Origin: an uncultured Methanosarcinales archaeon
Lineage (GTDB): Archaea; Nanobdellota; Nanobdellia; Woesearchaeales; UBA119
Direction: 5' to 3'
DNA: 33,247 bases
NCBI GenBank assembly: GCA_964615385.1
Contig: CAZTMQ010000003.1
Coordinates: 1 to 33,247 of the forward strand
Part shown: positions 1 through 8,196 of the stretch, piece after piece
How the letters are laid out: each line of letters begins with the position of its first letter
How positions within the stretch are numbered: the first letter of the stretch is position 1
The notes under the pieces: model-generated
What the model was told of the DNA's origin: nothing
What the model saw: the letters and a program-made list of their open reading frames with translations, nothing else
The model's database searches: none
Position numbers and translations under genes: made by a program

Positions 1-8
1 AAAATTAT

Positions 9-950
9 CTAATTTTGTTTTTGCTTAAAATATTTGAAAGTTATCGGAAGGGAGGCTGAATCGGCATATATGTAATCCGCCTGCAAATTTAGTAGCCTTA
101 TGTATTGACCATTTAGACTATTAAAAGTGCATCTAACACTTGCTTCACCTTGGCTTATATCGATCACTTCTGGAAAACATTTTGCAATTTCATTATCTGA
201 AAACTTGGCACTAACTTTCAATTTTCCGTAATTTGCAAGTGTAGAGTCTAGTTTTTCACAATTATTTCCCTCCAAAGAAGTTTCTGGATTAAAAACCGCG
301 CCGGTGCCTGAATTTTTTAGCTTGATTTCAAATGAGTAATCTGTACCGCTCTGTATGGGACTGACTGACAAAAACTCAACAGGGGCGCCTTGACCTCCCG
401 TAAAGGTAACAGTTTCAGGGACACAACCTGAGTCATACATACCAGTATTTGTATTTATGCACACATTGGCAGTTGCAATTGTTTTGTATTTGTAACAGTA
501 CCTCAAAAGAAAATTTACATTGTATTCGAAATCCGTTAAAGGATTATCATCAAAGGCGCTTTCTCCTTCTAAAGCGCACAAGTAATTTGCGCCTTCCGAA
601 CGATATGTTCTTTTGCTGTATAAATCGCCAAAATCTTTTATTTGCGAGTCAATACCATCAACTCGGACTATTTCTTTGTCAAAGCCAGTAATGGAGAATT
701 TTAAATCATTCATAACTATATCGTAGTATCCTTTGTTTTGAATCCTTAGGAAAAACGAAAATGGAATAGAGTTGCCTACCGTATAATATGTATTCTTAAC
801 AGGCTCAAGAGTTAAAACAACCCCTGCAGTTCCATACGGACCAGTCTCTTGCGGTGCTTCGTTTGTTGGAGTACATGATGCGAATACTAGCACTAAGACT
901 GGAAGTATGTATAGGGCCAAATCCTTATCAAAAACCTTTTTTTTTCTCAT
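9..950 (-). CDS. Secreted Cys-rich lipoprotein, paralogue A (function unknown)
   Basis: 313-aa ORF. The N-terminus has a K-rich region, a hydrophobic core and a lipobox-like LVFASC. It shares an ordered motif series with the neighbouring ORF: NEAPQE/NQEAPEI, PFxxxxxIxNxG, CYxYxT...VC, GGQG[AS]P, NxG[ST]G and C-terminal CxxTF. Confidence 0.6.
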   Translation of the reverse strand: MRKKKVFDKDLALYILPVLVLVFASCTPTNEAPQETGPYGTAGVVLTLEPVKNTYYTVGNSIPFSFFLRIQNKGYYDIVMNDLKFSITGFDKEIVRVDGIDSQIKDFGDLYSKRTYRSEGANYLCALEGESAFDDNPLTDFEYNVNFLLRYCYKYKTIATANVCINTNTGMYDSGCVPETVTFTGGQGAPVEFLSVSPIQSGTDYSFEIKLKNSGTGAVFNPETSLEGNNCEKLDSTLANYGKLKVSAKFSDNEIAKCFPEVIDISQGEASVRCTFNSLNGQYIRLLNLQADYIYADSASLPITFKYFKQKQN

Positions 951-1108
951 TTTGTTCTCATTATTTCTTCTTCAAATTTTCTTCTTTAAATTGCATGCAC
1001 AAAACATTCACAATTTTTGTATCGGGCGTAATACACCCTCACATCACCCATAAGGCTGGATTTTTATGATTTTATATTTTATTTTATTTTTTTGTTTTGA
1101 TTTTGATA

Positions 1109-2125
1109 TTAGTATGTAGTGTATAAACTATTTAGGCCATTTTGGTTACTTCCCCTTCTTACTATTTCTAATGGCCTTACAAAACTTGTGTAGTATCCAT
1201 ATTTTAGATTTATCTCAAGAACTGATGAATAGGGGAGAGGTAATTCATTAGATGAAAAGGTTTTCTTGCAGATAATTGTGCCGATTCCCTGTGGGCCAAA
1301 TAATAACTCGCCCTCTTTAGAACTCCCTGAGCCAATGCACACAAAACTATCATCATCGCTATTACCTAGTTTTGTTGATACTATTTCAGCAACATTCATC
1401 TTATTTCCCTCTAGATTGCCAGTTAGGCAATAGTTTTTCTCATCATTTTTTGCAACGGATTCAGGGATTATTAATCCGCTTCCCATGTTTTGAATGTTTA
1501 TTACGTACATTACAACAGTATCTCCATTTGAATCAATATATGCATTTTGACTAACATCAGTTATTCCTAATGGGGAACCTTGCCCACCGTAATTTTGAGT
1601 TGATGCCCTGCAGGCGACGGGGGCCTTATCTGCTAAATATGGAATAGTATCTACACAAACAGTTTTTTTAAATACTGTTGAATAGCTATAACACATTGAA
1701 ATCTCTACACTTGCCACCTTTGATTCAAGCCGTTCTTCAAGCATAGGGTAAAATTGAAACTGCAAATATTTGGAGTCGGCACCGCTGGTTAAAGCAGAGC
1801 CACCTGATAGCTCAAATTCTTCTGTCTTTGAGGATGTGAGTGCACCAGTATCCTGTATTTCTAGATAAGATTCCCTTCCTTTTATAGAGATTTGACCAAC
1901 ACTGTCTTGAAACCCTGTGTTAAAAATCTTTATAGGAAGCATGAAAGGCTCCTTATTATAAGCAAATTCGGGCGCTATTCCCTCTTCAACATAGAACTCG
2001 ACTCCGCCGATCTTCTCCACTATTTCTGGCGCTTCCTGATTTGGGTTAGGCATAAATGAGCAACTGGCCAAAAGAAAGGTAACAAGCGCAATTAAAGCTA
2101 AATAGACACCTCTTTTCAAATCCAT
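1109..2125 (-). CDS. Secreted Cys-rich lipoprotein, paralogue B (function unknown)
   Basis: 338-aa ORF with a signal peptide and lipobox-like LLASC. It has the same ordered motifs and conserved Cys positions as ORF 9-950, in a tandem same-strand arrangement. Confidence 0.6.
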   Translation of the reverse strand: MDLKRGVYLALIALVTFLLASCSFMPNPNQEAPEIVEKIGGVEFYVEEGIAPEFAYNKEPFMLPIKIFNTGFQDSVGQISIKGRESYLEIQDTGALTSSKTEEFELSGGSALTSGADSKYLQFQFYPMLEERLESKVASVEISMCYSYSTVFKKTVCVDTIPYLADKAPVACRASTQNYGGQGSPLGITDVSQNAYIDSNGDTVVMYVINIQNMGSGLIIPESVAKNDEKNYCLTGNLEGNKMNVAEIVSTKLGNSDDDSFVCIGSGSSKEGELLFGPQGIGTIICKKTFSSNELPLPYSSVLEINLKYGYYTSFVRPLEIVRRGSNQNGLNSLYTTY

Positions 2126-2211
2126 ATCTCAAAATAACCGAAAGTAATATTTATTTGTTTTGTTATTTTGTTGTTGCCTTAAGCTAATCAAGCGCGATTA
2201 TAGGTTTAAAA

Positions 2212-3111
2212 ATGGCAGAATCTGATGTAAAAGATATTAGAAGCGTCGCTGTTGCAGGACAGTTTTATCCAAAATCAAAGGAGGAGCTAGATTTTGAGAT
2301 AGCTAAGCTATTTAGAACAATAGAGACTTCAACTAAAACAAAGGAGAGCAAGACTTGCTTAGGGCTTATAGCACCTCACGCAGGCTTTTCATTTAGTGGC
2401 AAATGCCAGGCAATGGCCTTTTCTAATATCTTTAACCTGGGAGAGCCCGCCACCTTTATCATTATTGGACCAAATCACACAGGGATAGGCTCATCTTCGA
2501 TTTCTTTAAGGGATTTTGATACACCTTTAGGGATTATAAAAAATGATAAACTGCTTTCTCAAAGGCTTGTTTCTAAAGATATTGAGGTTAACGAAATAGC
2601 ACACTCTTTAGAGCACTCAGTTGAGATGCAGGTAATATTTCTCAAATATTTGAGCATCAAAAATAATGTTGAATTTAAGATTGTTCCGATTATTTTAGGG
2701 AGCAAGGATGATGCAATCTTGTTGGCAGACACAATAAGAGCCAAGGTGTCTTTTTTGAGCCATTCAAAAAGGGTTATACTGATTGTTAGCTCTGATTTTA
2801 TTCATTATGGCCCCAATTATGGCTACACAGTATTTGGGGAGTATAAAAAGGAGGTTATTTCAGAATACGATAAAAAGGCTATAACAGAAATCACCTCTAT
2901 AAATCCCGAGGGTTTTATTAGAGAAGTAAATAAAAACAATCTAACTATTTGTGGAACTTATCCTATTTATTGCTTACTAAAATATTTCAGTGATTTAAAG
3001 AGAAAAAAAAGAGAAATCTATTCTAAACTTTTGTGTTATTATCATTCAGCAGATATTTTGGCTTCTAAAAATAGCGTGTCTTACGCTTCTATAGGTATTT
3101 TTGAGCGATAA
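2212..3111 (+). CDS. MEMO1-family protein (AmmeMemoRadiSam system protein B-like)
   Basis: 299 aa with family motifs in order: GQFYP near the N-terminus, IAPHAGFSFSG, IIGPNH, EHSVEMQ, SSDFIHYGPNYGY, ICGTYPI. Confidence 0.8.
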   Translation: MAESDVKDIRSVAVAGQFYPKSKEELDFEIAKLFRTIETSTKTKESKTCLGLIAPHAGFSFSGKCQAMAFSNIFNLGEPATFIIIGPNHTGIGSSSISLRDFDTPLGIIKNDKLLSQRLVSKDIEVNEIAHSLEHSVEMQVIFLKYLSIKNNVEFKIVPIILGSKDDAILLADTIRAKVSFLSHSKRVILIVSSDFIHYGPNYGYTVFGEYKKEVISEYDKKAITEITSINPEGFIREVNKNNLTICGTYPIYCLLKYFSDLKRKKREIYSKLLCYYHSADILASKNSVSYASIGIFER

Positions 3112-3302
3112 AACGGATTAGCTATAAATAATTGGTAAAAAATTTCTATTACGATAAAATATTAAGAACGATAAGATGTGAAGAAGAATCATAAGAGGGG
3201 CATAAAAAAAATAAATAAAAAACCTCAGCATAAATGCCAAGATATCTCGCTGATAGTAGAGGTTAATCGTTATGTGAATCCGTTTATTCTTATCTTGGCT
3301 TG

Positions 3303-3438
3303 AAAAATCAACAACCTCACCCAAAAGGGCGAGGTATGTTGGTAATACAAAAGCATGCGCTGCATTCAGCGAGGTTGTTGATTACAAAAAAGCGTACCAA
3401 GTCCTCGTGTTGAAACACGAGGTATGCTTTTCTATTAA
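3303..3438 (+). repeat. 136-bp GC-enriched element, copy A; candidate structured ncRNA or MITE-like repeat
   Basis: It aligns without gaps to the reverse complement of 10292-10427 at about 125/136 positions. It contains a 13-bp long-range helix (3306-3318 with 3371-3383) and two hairpins. It lies between two convergent gene ends. Confidence 0.6.
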
Positions 3439-3440
3439 CC

Positions 3441-3500
3441 AAAGTATGCGAATGACGGATTCACGAAATCAAAGTATGGGGATGACAGATTCACGAAATA
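3441..3500 (+). repeat. Tandem 2 x 30-bp direct repeat adjoining copy A
   Basis: The units are aaagtatgcgaatgacggattcacgaaatc (3441-3470) and aaagtatggggatgacagattcacgaaata (3471-3500). The acggattcac core (3455-3464) is the inverted complement of gtgaatccgt at 3274-3283. Confidence 0.7.
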
Positions 3501-3537
3501 AATTAAATAAAAATGGATAAAACAAACCAAAGATGCT

Positions 3538-4716
3538 TTATTTAAGTATGTGCACTTTAAGGGGCGGGAATCCATTGAAATACACTGAGCAATATGTTGT
3601 TGTATATGCGCCAGTTGTTAAGATGAAAACTCTATCCCCTTCTTTTATATCTTTAGGAAGCTTATAGTTGTATTTTTCGTACAATACATCTGCACTGTCA
3701 CAGGTGGGGCCTGCAAGAATTACATCTTTAACGCCAGAACCATTTATTATCCCTTTTTCAGAGAATATTGGATATTTTATGGATTCATCAATAGTTTCTA
3801 TTAACCCTCCAAATTTTCCTACATCTAAAAATACCCATTCATATTGGTTCATTACAGATTTTCTTGAAATCATAACTACCTCGCTTACTATTACGCCTGC
3901 ATCACCTACAAGAGACCTTCCAGGTTCAACGATTATTTCTGGAAACTCATCTGGAAAATCTTCTTTTAAAAAGCGCATAATCTCCTTTGCATAGGTCTCA
4001 AGAGAGTGTGTTGGCATAAGATAGTTTGAGGGAAAGCCTCCACCCATATTTATCATTTTTAGGTTTATTCCGGCAGATTTTGCGGAGTCAAAGAGATACT
4101 TGCATTGGGCGATTGCATTATCCCATTGTCCAATATCTCTTTGTTGGGATCCAACATGAAAGGATATTCCAAATGGTATTAAATTCAGCCTTTTGGCTTC
4201 TAAAACAAGATGATAAATCATATCAGGATGTGCACCAAATTTCCTTGAAAGAGGCCAATCCGCCCCACTGCCCTCACAAAGTATGCGAAAGAACAACTTT
4301 GACCCTGGTGCCTTATTTGCAATCTTATTGAGGTCGGTTATTGAATCTGTTGCAAAAAGTCTTATCCCTTTTTTGTATGCGTACTCAATGTCAGTTTCCT
4401 TTTTTATTGTGTTTCCATAGCTAATTTTTTCAGGTGGAACGCCTAACTCTAAAAGCTGGTCTAGTTCGTAGATTGTCGCAATATCAAAGTTTGAGCCCTT
4501 CGCTAAAAGCATTTTTAGTATTTCATTATTAGGATTTGCTTTGATCGCGTAATAGATCTTTGCAAAGGGAAGCAGTGTTTTTAGCTGCTCAAAGTTCTCT
4601 TCAACCCGTTTTATGTTTAGCACCAGAAAAGGGGTTTCTAAGCTCTTAGAAAACTCAACAATTCGTTTGAATTCATCTTCTGTAAGATAGTCATATACGT
4701 TTCGTTCCTCATTCAT
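3538..4716 (-). CDS. PLP-dependent Orn/Lys/Arg decarboxylase (alanine-racemase fold, ornithine decarboxylase-like)
   Basis: 392 aa with YAIKANP (PLP lysine), HVGSQ, GGGFP, EPGRSLVG and GPTCDSAD motifs in the canonical order. Confidence 0.85.
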   Translation of the reverse strand: MNEERNVYDYLTEDEFKRIVEFSKSLETPFLVLNIKRVEENFEQLKTLLPFAKIYYAIKANPNNEILKMLLAKGSNFDIATIYELDQLLELGVPPEKISYGNTIKKETDIEYAYKKGIRLFATDSITDLNKIANKAPGSKLFFRILCEGSGADWPLSRKFGAHPDMIYHLVLEAKRLNLIPFGISFHVGSQQRDIGQWDNAIAQCKYLFDSAKSAGINLKMINMGGGFPSNYLMPTHSLETYAKEIMRFLKEDFPDEFPEIIVEPGRSLVGDAGVIVSEVVMISRKSVMNQYEWVFLDVGKFGGLIETIDESIKYPIFSEKGIINGSGVKDVILAGPTCDSADVLYEKYNYKLPKDIKEGDRVFILTTGAYTTTYCSVYFNGFPPLKVHILK

Positions 4717-4893
4717 TTTAGGTCATATCCTCGTCAATAAAATTTTTAAAAAAACAAAAATCCAACCAAGTCAACTATTTCTTTTTATAAACTTTTAGAA
4801 TTTCGGCACACTGTTTTTGGCACTTAATTAAGTGATAATTGTTTGTAAAAAATGGCGACACAACTGTTTTAAAAAGTTTAGCTATGTTTAAGA

Positions 4894-5370
4894 TTATGAT
4901 ATATTAAGTATACTGATTAGGTTTTTATCTGATAGAAAGCCCTCACGTTTTAAATCATCTATGATATAATGAACATCTATGCTTTTAAACTCAAATCGTG
5001 ATTCAAGCTCATCAATGAACCTTTCTGCGTCTGTAACATTTTTAAACACCCCTTCGGCAAAGAAATCATAGCCGTTGTTGATTTTGTATAGGTTATTTAC
5101 ATTTTGATGTTTTTTTAGATAGGATAATAGCTCCTCTTTTGATTCTTTTATGGTCTTCATTGCAACAGTTACCCTTATTTCATAACCTAAAACTGAGAAA
5201 TCCAAAAGGATTGTGCTCTTTTTGATAACATTGTTCCTCTCAAAGTGCCTTAGCCGATCGTAGAGTGTTGAAACTGGAATAGCAGTGTCCCTGCTCATTG
5301 TAGTTAGTGGTTCACGGGAGTTCCTCCTAAGCTGGCACAAAAGCATTATATCCTTTTTTGGTAGTTTCAT
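4894..5370 (-). CDS. Lrp/AsnC-family transcriptional regulator
   Basis: 158 aa. N-terminal wHTH (LLCQLRRNSREPLTTMSRDTAIPVSTLYDRLRHFE) followed by a RAM/ACT-like beta-alpha-beta domain. It lies directly upstream of the decarboxylase on the same strand. Confidence 0.75.
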   Translation of the reverse strand: MKLPKKDIMLLCQLRRNSREPLTTMSRDTAIPVSTLYDRLRHFERNNVIKKSTILLDFSVLGYEIRVTVAMKTIKESKEELLSYLKKHQNVNNLYKINNGYDFFAEGVFKNVTDAERFIDELESRFEFKSIDVHYIIDDLKREGFLSDKNLISILNIS

Positions 5371-5491
5371 GGTGTTTCACAATATATTATTGACCACCGT
5401 AATTGTTATAAATTTATCCTATATACCTTCTATATAAACCATATATGTATATAGTTTATGAGGAAAATATATATCATATATAGTGATTGTG

Positions 5492-6394
5492 ATGAAGAGA
5501 AGTATAATGCTTTTGGGCGGAAAAACACTCGTCATCTCTCTCCCAGCAAAGTGGGCAAAGCACAATAATTTAAGAAAGGGCCAAGAAGTCGATATTAACG
5601 ATAAGGACGGGCTTTTATATATCTCGCCAGGTTCCCTTAAAGACCATTCTAGTGTTTTGCTTGATATTCGGGATAAAAGGAATGATTCTCTTATATTAAA
5701 GATGATTTTTTCGGCATATGTTAGGGGCTATGATGAGATAAACATAAGATTTAGATGTAAAGATCAACTAGATCTTATTCATTCTATGGCTTACACTCTA
5801 ATAGGATTTGCAACAATGAGCCAAGGCAATAATGTGGTAACACTTAAGGATTTATCAGAAGTAAACATTGAGGAGTTTGATAATGTTTACCCAAAGATTT
5901 ATCTGATGTTAAAAGAGGTCATTAAGGAAGGAGTAGACTGTTTGGAATGTGGGGACTTTGAAAGGCTTGCCAATTTTTCACAACGGGATTTTGCAATAAA
6001 CCAATATGTTAATTTCTGTTTAAGATCAATTTTGAGGTCTAATATAATGAGCCCCAACAAAAAGGTATTTTATTATAGCAAACTAACGAACCTAGAGCAA
6101 CTAGGTGACGCCTTTATTAATTTCTTTGAGTTTGTTTCAAAGGAGAGAATAACTTTAGGGAAATCTGAAAAACAGTGCTTCAAAAGGATTAGAGAAAGAA
6201 TTTATGAACTTGGCAAGGTTATCTATAAACCTAGTTTGGATAACATAACCAAGCTCTTTGAAGAAACAAAGGATATCATTTATTCTGCTTCAGAAATAGA
6301 GAATTCAGCGATAAGAATAAATATTATATGGCTTTGTACTTCCCTAAACAACCTGTTAGAATCGGCTCTTCCAGGCTGTTTTGAAGCGGAATAA
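5492..6394 (+). CDS. AbrB/SpoVT-domain plus PhoU-like regulator
   Basis: N-terminal swapped-hairpin motif LGGKTLVISLPAKWAKHNNLRKGQEV, then a helical PhoU-like region. The ATG at 5492 is preferred over the GTG at 5483 used in the ORF track. Confidence 0.6.
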   Translation: MKRSIMLLGGKTLVISLPAKWAKHNNLRKGQEVDINDKDGLLYISPGSLKDHSSVLLDIRDKRNDSLILKMIFSAYVRGYDEINIRFRCKDQLDLIHSMAYTLIGFATMSQGNNVVTLKDLSEVNIEEFDNVYPKIYLMLKEVIKEGVDCLECGDFERLANFSQRDFAINQYVNFCLRSILRSNIMSPNKKVFYYSKLTNLEQLGDAFINFFEFVSKERITLGKSEKQCFKRIRERIYELGKVIYKPSLDNITKLFEETKDIIYSASEIENSAIRINIIWLCTSLNNLLESALPGCFEAE

Positions 6395-6395
6395 G

Positions 6396-6899
6396 ATGAT
6401 TATTGTAATTACTGGTACACCGGGAACTGGAAAGACAAGGCTATCTGAACTTCTTTCTAAAAGGATTAAGGCGGATGTTGTATCGGTAAGTGAATTTGTT
6501 AAGAAAAGGCATCTGTATGAAAGTTATGATAGATCGCTAAAAACATATATCGTTGATGAAAAAAGGCTTTCAAAAGAGCTTGAACACTATGTCAGAAAGA
6601 GGTTTAAAGATAAAGATGTAATTATTGAAGGGCATCTTTCTCATTATCTTAAAAAGAGCCTTGTTGACTTGTGTATTGTGTTAAAATGCTCAATTACGGA
6701 GCTTAACAAAAGGCTGTCTAAAAGGAATTATTCGAGGGCAAAAATAAAAGAAAACCTTGAATCCGAAATATTTGGTATCTGCGAGGAGGAAGCAAGAGAG
6801 TTTCAAAAAATTGTGGTTTTAATCGATACAACCAAAAAAAGTGCAAGTGCTTCTGCAAATGAGGCATACGATATTATTAAGGGGTTAAAATGGATTTAA
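6396..6899 (+). CDS. Fap7/AK6-type adenylate kinase-like NTPase (small-subunit ribosome maturation factor)
   Basis: Walker A ITGTPGTGKT at the N-terminus. IEGHLSH plus the VLKCS..L..RL..RNY...KI.EN.ESEI pattern is typical of archaeal Fap7. The ATG at 6396 lies just after the upstream stop codon. Confidence 0.7.
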   Translation: MIIVITGTPGTGKTRLSELLSKRIKADVVSVSEFVKKRHLYESYDRSLKTYIVDEKRLSKELEHYVRKRFKDKDVIIEGHLSHYLKKSLVDLCIVLKCSITELNKRLSKRNYSRAKIKENLESEIFGICEEEAREFQKIVVLIDTTKKSASASANEAYDIIKGLKWI

Positions 6900-8002
6900 G
6901 AATGCTATCGTGGATTGAGATAAGGCTTTTAATTAAAGAGATAGGTTTAAACATTTCAGGAGCAAAGATTCAAAAGATTTCTGTTGTAAAAGAAGATGAC
7001 CACGTTGAAGCACTAATAAAGATCTATAAATCTAACCTATTTGAAAAAAATCTTTTCTTTTTGGTGCCATTTTGCTTTTTTCTTACCGCAAAAGCAAAGA
7101 ATCTGCCAACAATCCCACATAATTTTACAATGTTTTTAAGAAATAATTTATCTGGGGGAATAATCGAATCATTTGAGCAGGTTGGTTCAGAGAGGATTGT
7201 TCGTTTAAATATTAGGTATCATGATGAGATAAAAAGGCTTTATTTTGAGCTTTTTGCTCCAGGGAATATAATTCTTTGTGATGAAGCGAATACAATTCTT
7301 GGGGCATATACTAAAAAAGAGTTCAGAGATAGAACTATAAAGAACAAAGAAGGATATGTAATCCCACTAGAAAAGGACCTTTCGGTTATTTCTTTTGAAG
7401 ATTTTAAGGCGATTATCAATGAAAATATTGAGATTGTAAAAATCCTTGCCACTAAACTTAGGATTGGCGGGCAGTTAAGCGAGGAGATTATTAATAGGGT
7501 TGATATCGATAAAAATTGCATGGGAAAAGATGTTACTAATACTAAAACCAAAGCTATATATGAGGAGTTTAAGAGAATTATTGATGGCGGCTCTAAGGGC
7601 TATTTCTATCAAGAAAGGATGCTTCTTTCTCCCATAGAACTTTCAATTCTTGATGAAAAGCCAAAGATTTTTGATTCGTTTAATAAGGAGCTTTCAAATC
7701 TACTTAGCACGCCAAAAGTAAATAAAGACTATGTTGAGGAATTAAAGAAGATTAATTCTGTACTTGAAAAGCAAAGGGCTGCAGTCTTTGAGATTGAGAA
7801 TGGAATTGATAAAAATAATAATTTAGGGAATGCCATTTATGAGAAATACTCAGTTATTGAAAGATTGGTTTCTGAAGTTAAAGAGCTTTTAAAAAAGCAT
7901 AATTTTTTAGATGTTAAGGAAAAAATAAAGAACAGCAAATTCTCTGAAATAATCGATTTAAAGACAAAGAACAAGATGGCAATAAATCTTGATAAACTTT
8001 GA
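6890..8002 (+). CDS. NFACT-N family protein (Rqc2/FbpA-like), short form lacking the C-terminal NFACT-R region
   Basis: 370 aa. The N-terminal region (IGLNISGAKIQKI ... RLYFELFAPGNIILCDE) matches the NFACT-N pattern, and the C-terminal third is coiled-coil-like. It overlaps the upstream gene by 10 nt. Confidence 0.6.
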   Translation: MDLRMLSWIEIRLLIKEIGLNISGAKIQKISVVKEDDHVEALIKIYKSNLFEKNLFFLVPFCFFLTAKAKNLPTIPHNFTMFLRNNLSGGIIESFEQVGSERIVRLNIRYHDEIKRLYFELFAPGNIILCDEANTILGAYTKKEFRDRTIKNKEGYVIPLEKDLSVISFEDFKAIINENIEIVKILATKLRIGGQLSEEIINRVDIDKNCMGKDVTNTKTKAIYEEFKRIIDGGSKGYFYQERMLLSPIELSILDEKPKIFDSFNKELSNLLSTPKVNKDYVEELKKINSVLEKQRAAVFEIENGIDKNNNLGNAIYEKYSVIERLVSEVKELLKKHNFLDVKEKIKNSKFSEIIDLKTKNKMAINLDKL

Positions 8003-8196
8003 TTCGCAAAGATTTGTATATTAAGCCTTATTTATTTTAAGTCATATTTGAAGGGGATTTCTATATGTATGTATTTTATAATATTCAAAGTGAGAGCCCA
8101 CAAGTATAGATTATGAAGGATTAAAAGAAAGTGAAGAATAAAAATAAATTTATGAAAAACCTGAATTAATCCTCTTCTGCGTCAGATTCTGATTCT

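Noticed and set aside
3118-3324. 68-aa minus-strand ORF from the track, overlapping the start of repeat copy A
   Set aside because: It starts at a TTG and is F/I/Y/L-rich from AT-rich sequence. The equivalent frame in copy B hits a stop immediately (gtt gtt gat ttt taa). It has no recognisable motifs and is most likely spurious.
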